From NCBI RefSeq assembly GCF_006345805.1, contig NC_043003.1, positions 86,862,001 through 86,926,000 of the forward strand: a stretch of 64,000 nucleotides of DNA, in the 5' to 3' direction. Position 1 is the first letter of the stretch; every line of letters starts with the position of its first letter. The notes below the pieces were generated by a model. It was not told the origin of the DNA. It did not search any database and saw only the letters and a program-made list of their open reading frames with translations. The stretch comes from Octopus sinensis. Its lineage: Eukaryota. A program made the translations under genes and the position numbers. Below are positions 13,353 through 26,850 of this stretch, in pieces.

Positions 13353-13815
13353 ATGTATTATGTAAGTATACACACGTATTGCTTTACAAAAAGACATTGT
13401 GTTCTGACTCAAAAGCTGATTGCTTTCTCCAGATTACGTTTTCTTCAAATCGCTTTAAAATTACTCTAGGCAATCAACAAAGTCATTCTAAATTACGAAA
13501 CAAAACGACAAACGAGTTGGCAAAATGATAAAACGAAAGATGACCTTATTAAATTCCTTATATTGTTTAGTGTTGTAAAGTGAGTGAATTTCAGCCTTCT
13601 GAACTGGAGAAAATAAATTATTAGAGACATTTGCAAAGTTAATTTCCCTTCCATAGTTGAGCGATTAAGTTCCCTTCAAAGTCACCAGGTTCTGAGTTTG
13701 ATCCAGCTGCACGGATATCTTGGACAAGTGCCTTCTACATAGGTTTGAGTTTATGGTCTACTCAAATACGCATACTCTCCCTTTTTCTGACTCTGTCTGT
13801 CTCTCTCCCTCCCCC

Positions 13816-13847
<32 letters not shown>

Positions 13848-13959
13848 CCACACACAATTTGTACTTTACATACGCACATAAATTTGTAATCTACAAAAGT
13901 ATTGAGTAACCCATCAGATTAATGTAAAATTGTTTTTTTTATAATTGAACATAAACACG

Positions 13960-13996
<37 letters not shown>

Positions 13997-14007
13997 CTCT
14001 TTTCTAT

Positions 14008-14418
14008 TTCTCTCTTTTACTTGTTTCAGTCATTTGACTGTGGCTATGCTGGAGCACCGCCTTTAGTCGAGCAAATCGATCCCAGGACTTATTCTTTGTA
14101 AGCCTAGAACTTATTCTATCGGTCTCTCTTGCCGAACCGCTAAGTTACAGAGACTTAAACACACCAACATCGGTTGTCAAGCGATGTTGGTGGGACAAAC
14201 ACAGACACACAAACATATACACACACTTACATATATATATATATACATATATACGACCGGCTTCTTTGAGTTCCTGTCTACCAAATCCACTCACAAGGTT
14301 TTGGTCGGCCCGAGGCTATAATAGAAGACACTTGCCCAAGGTGCTACGCAGTGGGACTGAACCCGGAACCATGTGGTTTGTAAGCAAGCTACTTACCACA
14401 CAGCCACTCCTACGCCTA
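14008..14418 (-). mobile_element. tRNA-derived SINE family B with internal (TA)/(CA) microsatellite. Further copies near 8866-9200(+), 27860-28258(+), 32061-32380(+), 38075-38450(+), 42075-42503(-), 45548-45910(-), 50403-50806(-), 52575-52997(-), 53391-53822(+)
   Basis: Head GGCG.AGGAGTGGCTGTGTGGTAAG...GGTTCAGTCCC (A/B boxes), conserved body GGGCAAGTGTCTTCT.CTATAGCC, tail CAGTCAAATGACTGAAACAAGTAAAAGAG. Confidence 0.85.
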
Positions 14419-14469
14419 CATATATATATTTATTTATCTGTTTATTTATTCCTATATATCTGCAGCTGA

Positions 14470-14830
14470 TTTATGGTTTGGGCGATAAGTATGAATGTCA
14501 TCTTCAAATCGGAGGCGTATTAGTAACACGCCGTTGATATCCATGCACTTGTCCAGTCAATGTCTTTGGAGATCATTTCTAGACATGCAGTGAAGTGCAT
14601 TGAAGAGATGGTATTTCCTTGTTTGACACCCTTCCCAATTGAAACTATTGCGTTTCCAGAGATTTCAGCACTATATTCATCTCGACACTATCGATCGCCT
14701 TATCGTAGACGACGAAAGCTATTCAGAGTCTGCTTGCTATCCTGTCGCTCGTTCTACAAGTTGTGTTAGAGTGACTATGTATTCCATCATACTGTAGTTT
14801 TTATGGAAACCTGCTTACTCCTTCGATTGA
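14470..14830 (-). mobile_element. RTE-like reverse transcriptase fragment (decayed)
   Basis: - strand reads GVKQGNTISS..FTACLE..KDIDW and LRFEDD (degenerate FADD motif). Confidence 0.6.
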
Positions 14831-14859
14831 TAGTCATCAGAATGTTTCGATACTCTAGA

Positions 14860-15460
14860 ACAGTAATTACCAGCATGGGGCATACGCCCCACATATGCGG
14901 CATGGGAAAATAGTAGTGGATCGTGAGACACGAAATGTTTTTTCTGTTAGTGGGACATGGAATTGTGAAAATTATTTATCCACAACAAATATACTACACC
15001 TATATTCAGCCTAGTCAAACCAATCATTCCAGCCAAATACACTGTGTAAACACTACTACAGTATAGCGCTATTCTAATGCCCTAGTATGGACATACCATT
15101 TAGCAAAGCATGTAATTATGAGAAGTCTATAAATTATTAATCTTTTAAAGTACTTTATACAAATATCTTGTTCAAAATGAAAGGTGCCAAGACGTGACTA
15201 TGTACAGCAAAGGAACTTTTGATTCATTTCCCCATATCTTATTTGGTTGAGTGTAGCTTTAGTACTGTTGGCGATTTGCTTCAAGCCAAGAGAAGCAGAC
15301 TTGAAATTACAAAACGCGATGATTTACAGCTGAAGCAAAAAAAAAAAAAAATTGTGATCATTGAATCATGGAAATCTGCTGTAGTTGCCAGGCACAAAGT
15401 TCTAATAAAAGTGATTCACTTTGTTTCCTTTGTCAATAACATACTTTTTGTACTCAGCAT
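14860..15460 (+). mobile_element. hAT (Buster/Charlie-like) remnant
   Basis: FPISYLVECSFSTVGDLLQAKRSRLEITKRDDLQL resembles the hAT C-terminal dimerisation motif; CAGT-type end near 14861. Confidence 0.6.
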
Positions 15461-15589
15461 TTAATAGTAAAATGTTACCAGTAGATACTTTTGTATTAAT
15501 TAATTGGAATAAAATATTTAAAATGTTGTTTTTTTCCCAACTACCGATATGGCATATATATATATATATATATAAATTAAGCTGGTTCT

Positions 15590-16332
15590 TATTTTTCGAC
15601 ACCGAAAGGATGAATGGCAAAGTCGACCTCGGCGGAATTTGAACTCAGAACATAAAGGCAAACGAAATACCTATTTCTTTACTACCCACAAGGGGCTGAA
15701 CACAGAGAGAACAAAGAAGGACAGACAAACAAATTAAGTTGTTTATATCGACCCCAGTGCGTAACTGGTACTTATTTAATCGACCCCGAAGGGATGAAAT
15801 GCAAAGTCGACCTCTACAGAATTTGAACTCAGAACGTAGCGGCAGACGAAATACCGCTAAGCATTTCGCCCGACGTGCTAACGTTTCACCCAGCTTGCCG
15901 CCTTTGTGTTATATTATTACTTATTTCTTTATTGCCCACAAGGGGCTAAACATACAGGGGACAAACAAGGACAGACAAAGGAATTAAGTCGATTACATCG
16001 ACCCAAGTGCGTAACTGGTACTTAATTTATCGACCCCGAAAGGATGAAAGGCAAAGTCGACCTCAGCGGAATTCGAACTCAGAACGTAACGGCAGACGAA
16101 ATACCTATTTCTTTACTACCCATAAGGGGCTAAACACATAGGGGACGAACAAGGACAGACAAACGGATTAAGTCGATTATATCGACCCCAGTGCGTAACT
16201 GGTACTTATTTAATCGAAAGGATGAAAGGCAAAGTTGACCTCGGTGGAATTTGAACTCAGAACGTAACGGCAGACAAAATACTGCTAAGCATTTCACCCG
16301 GTGTGCTAACGTTTCTGCCAGCTCGCCGCCTT
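15590..16332 (-). repeat. Two dimeric arrays of SINE family A
   Basis: ~184-bp headless units joined at GAAATACCTATTTC (15664-15677, 16098-16111); heads near 15900 and 16330. Confidence 0.85.
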
Positions 16333-17039
16333 AATGTATTCTTAAAGATATTCTTTTCTACTCTAGGCACAAGGTCCGAAAATTTTGGGGGACGACCCCA
16401 GTACGCAACAGTACGAACCCGAAAGGATGAAAGGCAAAGTCGACCTCGGTGATATTTGAACTCAGATTCTTAAGAATATTAAACAGTCAAATGTTTCGCA
16501 AGGAGATTGAACTGGTAAGCTAGATGATTTAAGGATACCTTAGGACTGCTGAAAAGGCCTTCCGATGCAAATGTTTTGTATCCTAATCGCTTGAACTCAG
16601 CACAAGCAGCTAATGATGGCCTCAAAAATTAATACAGTTATTTTTATCATTTTTTTCACTTCTTGCATTATTAATATAGTACTTGTTTATGTAGTACCTA
16701 TTTGCAGGTAGGTGAACCGAGCCTTCCATAACTGCGTAACAAATATGATCCCGTTTCATTAATGGCAAAGGAATAAGAACCACGAACATGTTTACTGGTC
16801 GTCTGACACGCTGCCAGTTAGGCACTGGACTTTCTGTAACTACTGTTCAGATCGGCAGCTAATTGCGGAATTTAAATTTATCAAAATCTGTGTGTGTGTG
16901 TGTGTGTGTGTGTGTCTGTGTCTGTGTGTCTGTGTGCGTGCGTGCGTGCGTGTGTGTGTGTGTGTTTCTCTGTCGCCACCGCTTGACAGCTGGTGTTGTT
17001 TTGTTCCCATAAAATTTCTCACAAGGTATATTGCTACTC

Positions 17040-17610
17040 GACCTTAATCCGTTTGTCTCTCCTTGTTTGTCCTCTCTGTGTTTAACCCTTTATAGGTAGT
17101 AAAGAAATAGGTGTTTCGTCTGTCTTTACGTTGTGAGTTCAAATTCCGCTGAGGTTGACTTTGCCTTTCATCTTTTCGGGGTCGATAAATTAAGCACCAG
17201 TTACGCACTGGGGTCGATGTAATCGACTTAATCTGTTTGTCTGTCCTTGTTTGTCTCCTCTATGTTTAGCCCCTTGTGGGCAATAAAGAAATAAGAAACG
17301 TTACAACGCTGGGCGAAATACTTAGCAGTATTTCGTCTGTCTTTACGTTGCGAGTTCAAATTCCGCCGAGGTCTTACTTTGCCTTTCATCCTTTCGGGGT
17401 TGATAAATTAAGTACCAGTTACGTACTGGGGTCGATCTAATCGACTGGTCCCGTTTCCCAAAATTGTGGGCCTTGTGCCTTGAGTAGAAAAGAAAAGAAT
17501 CGTTAGCATACTGAGTAAAATGCTTAGCGGCATTTTTCCGTCTTCGTGTTCTGAGTTCTGAGCTCAAAGGTCGGCTTTGCCTTATATCCTTACAGGATCG
17601 ATAAAATAAG
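17040..17610 (+). repeat. Tandem array of SINE family A fragments (+ strand)
   Basis: Same CORE body repeated three times; junction GAAATAGGTGTTTC at 17104-17117. Confidence 0.8.
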
Positions 17611-18798
17611 TAGTTATAGCTCTGATAGGTTAGACCTAGGTCCACATAGGTAGTCTCGTCTGAATGAGTAAAGCGACTAAGAAAAATGGAGAGCTGAAAA
17701 GTTAGTTATATATCTTACTTGAAAGGATGTAGCTAGTTAGAAGGAAATAACTACTGAAATAGGACAACATTCATAATAGCGGCAGCAATGTAAAACTGGC
17801 AAGTCTTTCAAACAAGCTTTACAGTGCTTGGTGAACACGAGAAAGATAACGAGAAACCATTCCATTGCAATCCCTCCTTTGAATCACATCACAAAAGCCG
17901 TCACTGCATTGATACCTCTGCCTTTATATTCCTAACCACCATATAAATTCCTGTATATTTTACGGGAACATAAACAAACCAGCATCGACTGTCATACGGT
18001 AGCGAGCGACACACGCACAGCTTTTAAAAGGTATTATATTTTATCGTTAGCTGCCTATATTATAAGAATAAATTTTTATTGTCAGATTTTCTTCTTTAAT
18101 TATGGGAAAACACATAACCAGACGCTGACATTGTCTTCATTGTTTCCTCTTAAATAATATCTTAAAATAATTTCACAGTAAGGAAAGCAATAAAATAATT
18201 AAACTTTTTTTGTTTTCGTAGCAGACAGGTGACTGACTGACTGGTGTCAGCTTGTTTATGCATATAATTAGCGCTCTTGTCTTGTTGCGATACAAAGACT
18301 TAATTTATGCGCTATGTGAAAATCACAGGAGTTCAACGCAAAAGCAAACCGCATTTTCTTATTTCTATGGGGTGAGAAACTTTCTAACCAAAAATGATTG
18401 TTGTCATAAGGTATATATCACACATGTTCTTACGTAAACTAACAAATATCTGTGAAAATTTCTAGTTTCAATTTATTCTAAATTTTTTAATGTAATTTAT
18501 TTGCTTAAAGGATTTGTTTTGTTATTTTTCTGATTAAAATTAGAATTTTATTTAAGTTGTTCCAACTCAAATGCAAAGGGGGAAAAACTGGCTATACGTG
18601 AAATAAAATTTCAAATGCAGTCTATGTTTACTAAGTAGGCACTGATAAGTAGTAATTTACAAACTCAATATACTAAATATGTGCTTGATTACTTAACTAA
18701 ACTTCTCCTCCAGTGAAAAGATTAAACATTTAAAGAATTTCAGTCAAAATAGACTGAAGTTGATTTGCAAAGTCTTTTCCAGACCCTTATGTACTATA

Positions 18799-19343
18799 CA
18801 GGGTGGCCCAAAAGTAGGTTTAGAGTTATTCAACTATCTCTTTCGCATTCATTTATTAACAATTTAGATCTTAATTATAAAAAAAATATGAAGCCATTAT
18901 TCTATACTAATTTACTTAATTTTGTCAAGCTCTTATGTGTTGACAGTAAGAGACCACCTTAACCAAGCCTTTCCACAGCGTTGGTTTGGAAGATGGGGCA
19001 GCATCAAATGGCCACCATGTTCACCTGATCTAACACCAATGGATTTCTTTTTTGGAGGTGTTCTAAAAAAAACAAGGTTTATGTGAAAAATCCCAAAACA
19101 GTGAATGATGCATTCACTGAAATTGATGGAGGTCGGAATTTGTGCTGCACTGTGTGTCTGAAGAGGTTTGAAGAATGTTGCAATGTTGAAGGAGGGCATT
19201 TTGAGCATCTGAGAGATTAAACATTGTCTGTTTAAGATGTGCATCAACAATATGATTGTAAGAAATTTAAATGTCATAAAATGTTTTAAAAGAAATTTAA
19301 AGTACCTACGGGATAAATGTAAATCTAATTTTGGGCCACCCTA
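18799..19343 (+). mobile_element. Internally deleted Tc1/mariner-superfamily element
   Basis: TIRs CAGGGTGGCCCAAAA / TTTTGGGCCACCCTA flanked by TA; residual peptide KWPPCSPDLTPMDFFF. Confidence 0.85.
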
Positions 19344-19439
19344 TATAAAAATGATAGAAGCCAGTAGTTAAAATTGGTTCTATCGGCAGGCTTTTGTATA
19401 ACTAGTTAAAAACCTACTGGTGGGACCAGTTCTATGATC

Positions 19440-19803
19440 TATCTATCTATCCGCTCAGTCGAAGTCGACTCTCGGTTACTCCATGGATCAGTGTCCTCCA
19501 GTCAGTTCTATCCTGGGCCGCTTCTTTCAGATTAGCTATGTCCATTCCGGTATCACTCTTGATGGTGTCAAGCCAGCGGGTTCTTGGTCGGCCTCTTCCT
19601 CTCTTGCCACTGGCCATTCCGAGCATGATGTCCTCCTCCAGAGATTTTCTCCGCATAATATGACCAAACTATGCTTGGTGATCCTAGCTTCTAGCGACAT
19701 TTTCGGCCTGATCTGCTTAAGAACTTCTCCATTGGTGAGTCTCGCTGTCCATGGAATCCGTAAAAGTCTTCTCCAACACCAAAGCTCGAATGCATTAATT
19801 CTC
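19440..19803 (-). mobile_element. 5'-truncated RTE (BovB-like) LINE
   Basis: ORF ..LEEDIMLGMASGKRGRGRPRTRWLDTIK..DRTDWR..; (ATAG)n tail; 10-bp TSD TTCTATGATC at 19430-19439 and 19804-19813. Confidence 0.88.
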
Positions 19804-20397
19804 TTCTATGATCAGACTTCTATAATTTTTTTTATCTAGCTGTTAGAGGTTGGGGCTCTCACGTTCGTAGGTTCGATTCTTGGACTGGGCGGTTGTATCT
19901 TTGAGCAAAGTACACCACTTCTCGTTGTTTCAGTCTACTTACACACAAACAATCACACACACACAAAAATACAAATACATAAACTGACACGCCGTCGGTT
20001 ACGATGACAAGTGCTTCAGTTGATCGGATCAACGGAATAGTCTGCTCGTGAAATTAACGTGCAAGTGGTTGAGCACTCCACAAAAACACGTACCCTTAAC
20101 GTAGTGCTCGGGGAGACACAGAATGTGACAAGGCTGGCTCTTTGAATAAAACGTACTACTCATTTTTGCCAGCTAAGTGGACTGGAGCAACGTAAAATAA
20201 AGTGTCTTGCTTAAGAGTACAGCGCACCACCAGGAATCGTACTCACGATCGTAAGCCGAATACCCTATCCTTCTTCACATACAAATACATACATAAATAC
20301 ATACATATGTGTTCGAACGGCAAAGTCACAAATTGTCGGATTGATTATTCGTTTTCGAGTTCAAATACTGCCGAAGTCCTTGTCCAGGCTTATAATG

Positions 20398-20777
20398 GAA
20401 TGGAAGCACTCCGTCGGTTACGACGACGAGGGTTCCGGTTGATCCGATCAATGGAACAGCCTGCTCGTGAAATTAACGTGTAAGTGGCTGAGCACACCAC
20501 AGACACGTGTACCCTTAACGTAGTTCTCGGGGATATTCAGCGTGACACAGAGAGTGACAAGGCCGGCCCTTTGAAATACAGGTACAACAGAAACAGGAAG
20601 TAAGAGAAAGTTGTGGTGAAAGAGTACAGCAGGAATCACCACCATCCCTGCCGGAGCCTCGTGAAGCTTTAGGTGTTTTCGCTCAATAAACACTCACAAC
20701 GCCCGGTCTGGGAATCGAAACCGCGATCCTACGACCGCGAGTCCGCTGCCCTAACCACTGGGTCATTGCACCTCCAC
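20398..20777 (-). mobile_element. tRNA-derived SINE family C. Further copies 37499-37872(+), 39093-39396(+), older copy near 19990-20260
   Basis: Head GGAGGCGCAATGGCCCAGTGGTTAGGGCAGCGG...GGTTTCGATTCCC; conserved tail CGTCGTCGTAACCGACGGAGTGC. Confidence 0.85.
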
Positions 20778-21298
20778 AGGCTTATAATTACCATAAATAA
20801 ATACCATCACGTCAATTCACTTGGAGCAGGTTGCTTTTAAAAGTTGCTGACAATCTTCAATTGACCCGAGAATGTTGATTCAATTAAAATTATTCCATCC
20901 AAGCAATTCAATTAAGATTCCTAAAAATAAACCAAGAAATAATTAAATATTTAAATTCAAATAAAATTTTATTCCAGTTATATTATTTTTCCTATACTTT
21001 ATAATGGAAAAACGTTTTGCATTTCAAAAATTTTCTGCTAACTGACTTTGCTTCAAATAGATAATTTTTCAAGTCAGTGAATGTTTCCAATGTCTATTGC
21101 AGTGCTCGTGAGTATGCAAGTTTGTTATTGATATTTATTTATTTATTTATTTATTTATTTATTTTTTATTTATTATTGTCAGAAGCTAAAACGAATATAT
21201 TTTCCTAAAAGAAAGTTGCATCACATATGACCTTCCCATTGGAAAGTTACGTCCCTATGCAAAGTTTCAAGTGCCTAGGTCAGAAGCGTGGCCCACAA

Positions 21299-21553
21299 TA
21301 CATACATACATGCATGCATACATACATACATACATACATACATACATACATACATACATACATACATACATAAATACATGCATACATACATACATAAATA
21401 CATGCATGCATGCATACATACATACATACATGCATGCATACATGCATGCATACATGCATGCTTGCATGCATGCATGCATACATACATACATACATACATA
21501 CATGCATGCATACATACATACATGCATACATGCATGCATACATACATACATAC
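21299..21553. repeat. (TACA)/(TGCA) compound microsatellite
   Basis: Directly visible in the sequence. Confidence 0.95.
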
Positions 21554-21861
21554 AGTCAGTTAAGATGTACAATTACATATGTCTCCATATCTATGTATGC
21601 ATATACACATACACACATATACCTGCACACGCATTCATATACATACATTTATATATATACTTTTACGCATGCACGTAACACATACACACACACACAAACC
21701 CATACACACAGATATATATATATGGTAGTACACTACCTTGGATATCCTTGTTACTTAATTTGATTATAATCACCCCATTTGATTTATATGGATAATACCA
21801 TACTAATTCGGGTGCCTTTAACTTAAGTACCATATTCATCTGAATCTAAATTTTGCTGAAC

Positions 21862-21898
<37 letters not shown>

Positions 21899-21999
21899 TG
21901 TATGTATGTATGTATGTATGTATGCATGCATGCATGCATGCATGTATGTATGTATGTATGTATGTATGTATGTATGTATGTATGTATGTATGTATGTAT

Positions 22000-22270
22000 G
22001 ATGGAGGAAGCAGGTTAAGGAGGGGATCGACACTTTTGAGAGAGCACGTATCCAGCATGAAGAACTTAAGCGAGCTGCGCGAAAGCGCACAGCTCGTATA
22101 GTGAATGGGGAAAGCTTGGTCTGCAATTTTTGCAGTCGTGTATGCTTGTCAAGAGCAGGGCTCATTAGCCACCAACGGAGCCGCAAATGCAAAATATAAG
22201 TTAGTCCTAGAGTGCACAATGTTCCTGAAGGTCGGCAATGGTCTTCCTCGGTCACGAGTGGACGGCCATC
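22000..22270 (+). mobile_element. Short RTE-X-like 3' fragment inserted in (TATG)n
   Basis: Peptide WRKQVKEGIDTFERARIQHEELKRAARK..LVCNFCSRVCLSRAGLISHQRS; 3' end similar to the 12919-13352 element. Confidence 0.75.
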
Positions 22271-22882
22271 ATGTATGTATGTATGTATGTATGTATGTAT
22301 GTACCTAATGAATATGCTGAACTTTTTCTTTCTTAAGTCAATTGTATTCAGGTTATATTTAAATGTATAGTTTTAACATCGGCTTAATAATTAATGATGC
22401 ACCAAATAAATTAACTTACCCGACCCTGTTCCCAGGTTATCTCCAACTATACAATTCTACATTGTTGTATTCATTTTCCTTTTGTTTATATAGTTTAATA
22501 TTCGTTTCACATTATCATAAAATGTCAGGTCTATTTAAATAATTTTGATTAACTTTAAACTTGTCACCTTTGGGAAATTTCGAATACACGTGTAAGTGAA
22601 ATTCATGTAGTGACCTCGCTTTAAATAGGTTATTCGTCTTCATTCGTACAGTAAGTACGAGAATAAATAAATCGAGCTGGATAGTCTTCTTATGCGATTA
22701 GATGGGGTGGAATAGAGTAATTGCACTATTTTAATTTTTATCTATATTCTTCAGATTTTTGCCTAAATATATTCCAGTATAACCTCTGATTACTTGTCTT
22801 CCAACAAAATCTCATGGGAAACTTCCAAACTGGTTATCAGCAATCCCACACACAAAATTTATCATTATCATTATTATTATTG

Positions 22883-22929
<47 letters not shown>

Positions 22930-22937
22930 GTTGTTGC

Positions 22938-22982
<45 letters not shown>

Positions 22983-22983
22983 G

Positions 22984-23018
<35 letters not shown>

Positions 23019-23589
23019 GAGTGAGAGAGCAGTGCATGCCATCAAAGTGACACTGGGGTAAAATATACGAAGACCAGTATACCCATCATGACTACCCGTC
23101 TGACAAGAGTACACCAGGCACATGCATCACAGCCATATGTGCGCGACATGATGATCTCATACCAAGATCTCATACCAAGCACATGACCTTGTAGGTGGGG
23201 CCCAGTTAGAATTTTCTTCTGGTCGAGTAACCCATCCTGCTCAAAAGGTCCCTGAGTAAGGGTTGTTTAAGGATGTTGAACGAAACACCCATGTTTCCAG
23301 AGGTGAATTATTCAAACCCCAAAAAATCCCTCTCAGCACATGGCTATGATGCTCCCCCACTACTTCTGCTCGTGATCAGAGATGCACATATCGTCAGCCA
23401 CTAAGGGACATGCTCAACTGGTTCAGGTCAAACAACTGACAAGCAAATCTGTGGTATTGAGCAGAATATTTGCTGTAGCCCATCTTTTATACCAAGACAA
23501 AACAATGTACATGATAACACTTCCAATCAGTTAAGATCAGAAGCCATGAGAACCTCTGCCTGGTACTGCATCAGGGCTTCTTCTTCTTC

Positions 23590-23621
<32 letters not shown>

Positions 23622-24175
23622 GAGTGAGAGAGCAGTTCATGCCATCAAAGTGACACTGGGGTAAAATATACGAAGCCCAATATACCCATCATGACTACCC
23701 GTCTGATAAAGGTACACCAGGCACATGCATCACAACCATATGTGCGCGACATGGTGATCTCATATCAAGATAAACAGCACATGACCTTGCAGGTGGGGCC
23801 CAGTTAGAATTTTCTTCAGGTTGAGTAGCCCATCCTGCTCAAAAGGTCCCTGAATAAGGGTTGCTTTAGGATGTTGAACGAAACACCTATGTTTCCAGAG
23901 GTGAATTATTCAAACCCCAAAGAAGCCCTCTCAACACATGGCCATGATGCTCCCCCACTACTTCTGCTCGTGATCAGAGATGCACATATCGTCAACCACT
24001 AAGGGACATGCTCAACTGGTTAAGGCCAAACAACTGACAAGCAAATCTGTGGTATTGAGCAGAATATTTGCTGTAGCCCATCTTTTATACCAAGACAAAA
24101 CAATGTACATGATAACACTTCCAATCAGTTAAGATCAGAAGCCATGAGAGCCACTGCCTGGTACTGCATCAGGGC
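23019..24175 (-). repeat. Two tandem copies of a ~555-bp non-coding element separated by (TTA/TTC)n (23019-23577, 23622-24175); partial third copy at 25339-25642
   Basis: Near-identical units, each bounded on both sides by TTA-type triplet repeats. Strand is inferred from neighbouring Dong/R4 fragments. Confidence 0.85.
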
Positions 24176-24241
<66 letters not shown>

Positions 24242-24388
24242 TATTATTATTATTATTATTGTTATTATTACTATTATTACTATTATTATTACTATTATTA
24301 TTATTATTATTACTATTATTACTATTATTACTATTATTATTATTATTACTATTATTACTATTATTATTATTATTATTACTACTACTAC

Positions 24389-24442
<54 letters not shown>

Positions 24443-24489
24443 GCTAGTGCATGCTAATTTAATTAGCAGGTATTTTATCTTGATGTTTG

Positions 24490-25338
24490 GTGGCAACAAG
24501 TTTCTTCGAGTCTCGAGAATCTTCGTTAGTATACTTGCAGAATATAGTAGGATGGTACTTTTTTCTGCAGGTCGACAATGCAAGTTTCAATTCCAATTTC
24601 TTTCAGCCTTTTAAGTAGCATTTTGAGTGTTATCCCAAGTGCACCAATTACTTCAAGAAATATTATTGTCTTGGTCTTCCACAGTCTCTTCAGCTCTCTC
24701 TCTGGCTAGATCCTGATATTTCTCAATTTTTTCAATTTCTTTGGTATCAACTCTGCTATCATAAGGAATTGTAAAATGTATGATCTAACACTCTTTGTTA
24801 ATTTTGTATTCTATGATCATATCTGGTCTCCTTGCTTCAATAATGTGAGCAGTCTTTATGGGGAAAATCCCACAACATCTTGTAATTCTTATTTTCTATA
24901 CCAGCCTTTGGTTCGTGTTCATACCATTTTTCTGATGTTTTGAAGCCACACAGCCCAATGCGCTCTTTTGCCTACACAGTCATATCTGCACTTATACTGC
25001 TTTTGTGCTACTAAACTAACCTTATTCAAAAGGTGACTGATACTTTTGTCTCTTTCCCTGCAGATTCTACATTTGCTGCCTAAGTTTTATCGATCTTTGC
25101 ATTTCTCATATTTGTTTTTGAGGCTTGTTCCTGGATGGCTATTATTAACGTTTCTATCTTTCGTTTCAAGTTCCCACTTATCAACTAGAACCCGCAGTCT
25201 TCCTTCAATCTCAATTTGTTGCATGAATTGGCCATGTAGGTCCATTTCTTTCCATTTGTTTGTTCCGTTGTTCTTTCTTTCCTCTTTGAATTCTCCTATT
25301 GTTTCGGTCACTTTTTGGGTATCCCTGACTGCTAATAG
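24490..25338 (-). mobile_element. Dong/R4-like RLE-type LINE 3' fragment
   Basis: Peptides KWKEMDLHGQF, WYEHEP, LWDF, RRPD, KIEKYQDLARE and GALG: CCHC plus PD-(D/E)xK restriction-like endonuclease region. Confidence 0.8.
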
Positions 25339-25641
25339 TAAGGATGTTAAATGAAACATCAATGTTTTCAGAGGTGAATTATCCACCCACCCACCCCAAA
25401 ATTCCTCTCAATACATGGCTATGATGCTTCCCCACTACTTCTACTCGTGATCAGAGATGCACATATCGTCAGCCACTAAGGGACATGCTCAACTGGTTAT
25501 GGTTGAACAACTGACAAGCAAATCTGTGGTATTGAGCAGAATATTTGCTGTAACCCATCTTTTATATCAAGACAAAACAATGTACAGGATAATAGTAAAT
25601 ATCAGAAGCCATGAAAGCCACTGTCTGGTGCTGCATCAGGG

Positions 25642-25764
<123 letters not shown>

Positions 25765-25779
25765 TATTATTATTATTAA

Positions 25780-25857
<78 letters not shown>

Positions 25858-25894
25858 CAGTAGTAGTAGAAGTAGTAGTAGTAGCAGCAGTAAT

Positions 25895-26570
25895 TGGTGA
25901 AAAGCTCACAGCTTATTTTGCTGGGTGTGATAGAAAGTCTCAGCTGTCCAGAGCCAGTAAACTAAGGTGGCACTTATTTACTGGTCATACTTCAAGAACC
26001 CTGCGAAGAATTCTTGCAGTTCCAAACAATGCTGATTTTTGTAGATGTTCTACCTTTACATTTGTACCAATTTTTTGCAGCCATGCTGGTAGTTGAATGC
26101 TGATACTTCCAAGTGCGCCAATTACTATTGGTATCACATCTACTCTCATTGACTACAACCTTCGCATTTACCATTTCAAATCGTCAAGTTATTCAGTTTT
26201 TCCACTTCTTTCTCTTTGATCCTATTGTCAACGAGACACGCTACATCGATTATCATGCATGTTCTTTCTTTCTTGCTTTTTTTTTTTTGATACAACAATG
26301 TCCAGTTTCCGATGTCTGGTCAGGTGATCTCACTGAATCATTGCACCCCACAGGAATTTGCAATTCTCATTTTCGGTGACTCCTTCTGGGATTTTCTCAT
26401 ACCACGTCTTTGCTCTTCGTAGGCCGTGATTTCCACAGAGTTCCCAATGGATCATTCTTGCCACATTGTCAAGTCGTCTTTTTGTATTCGCTTTGTGCCA
26501 ATTTCGGCCGATCGCTAACGATGTGCCATACCGTTTCACCCCTCTCACCACGCATTCGGCATCTGTTGCT
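25895..26570 (-). mobile_element. Second Dong/R4-like LINE 3' fragment
   Basis: RRLDNVARMIHWELCGNHGLRRAKTWYEKIPEGVTENENCKFLW; flanked by (TAA)/(TAG) repeats. Confidence 0.8.
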
Positions 26571-26627
26571 ATCATTATTATTGTTTTAATTGATTTTTGT
26601 TAGCCCTTGTGGCCAATAAACGAACGA

Positions 26628-26663
<36 letters not shown>

Positions 26664-26685
26664 GTAGTAGTAGTAGTAGTAGTAG

Positions 26686-26730
<45 letters not shown>

Positions 26731-26779
26731 AGAAAACACTCGGCGAGAAACGGAAGAAAATTTGAAGAAAGAAGGAAAT

Positions 26780-26850
<71 letters not shown>

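Noticed and set aside
21267-24614. Long ORFs such as YIHT/MYVC repeats and poly-Ile/Leu (also near 46.2-46.9 kb and 56-58 kb)
   Set aside because: They are translations of microsatellites, not genes.
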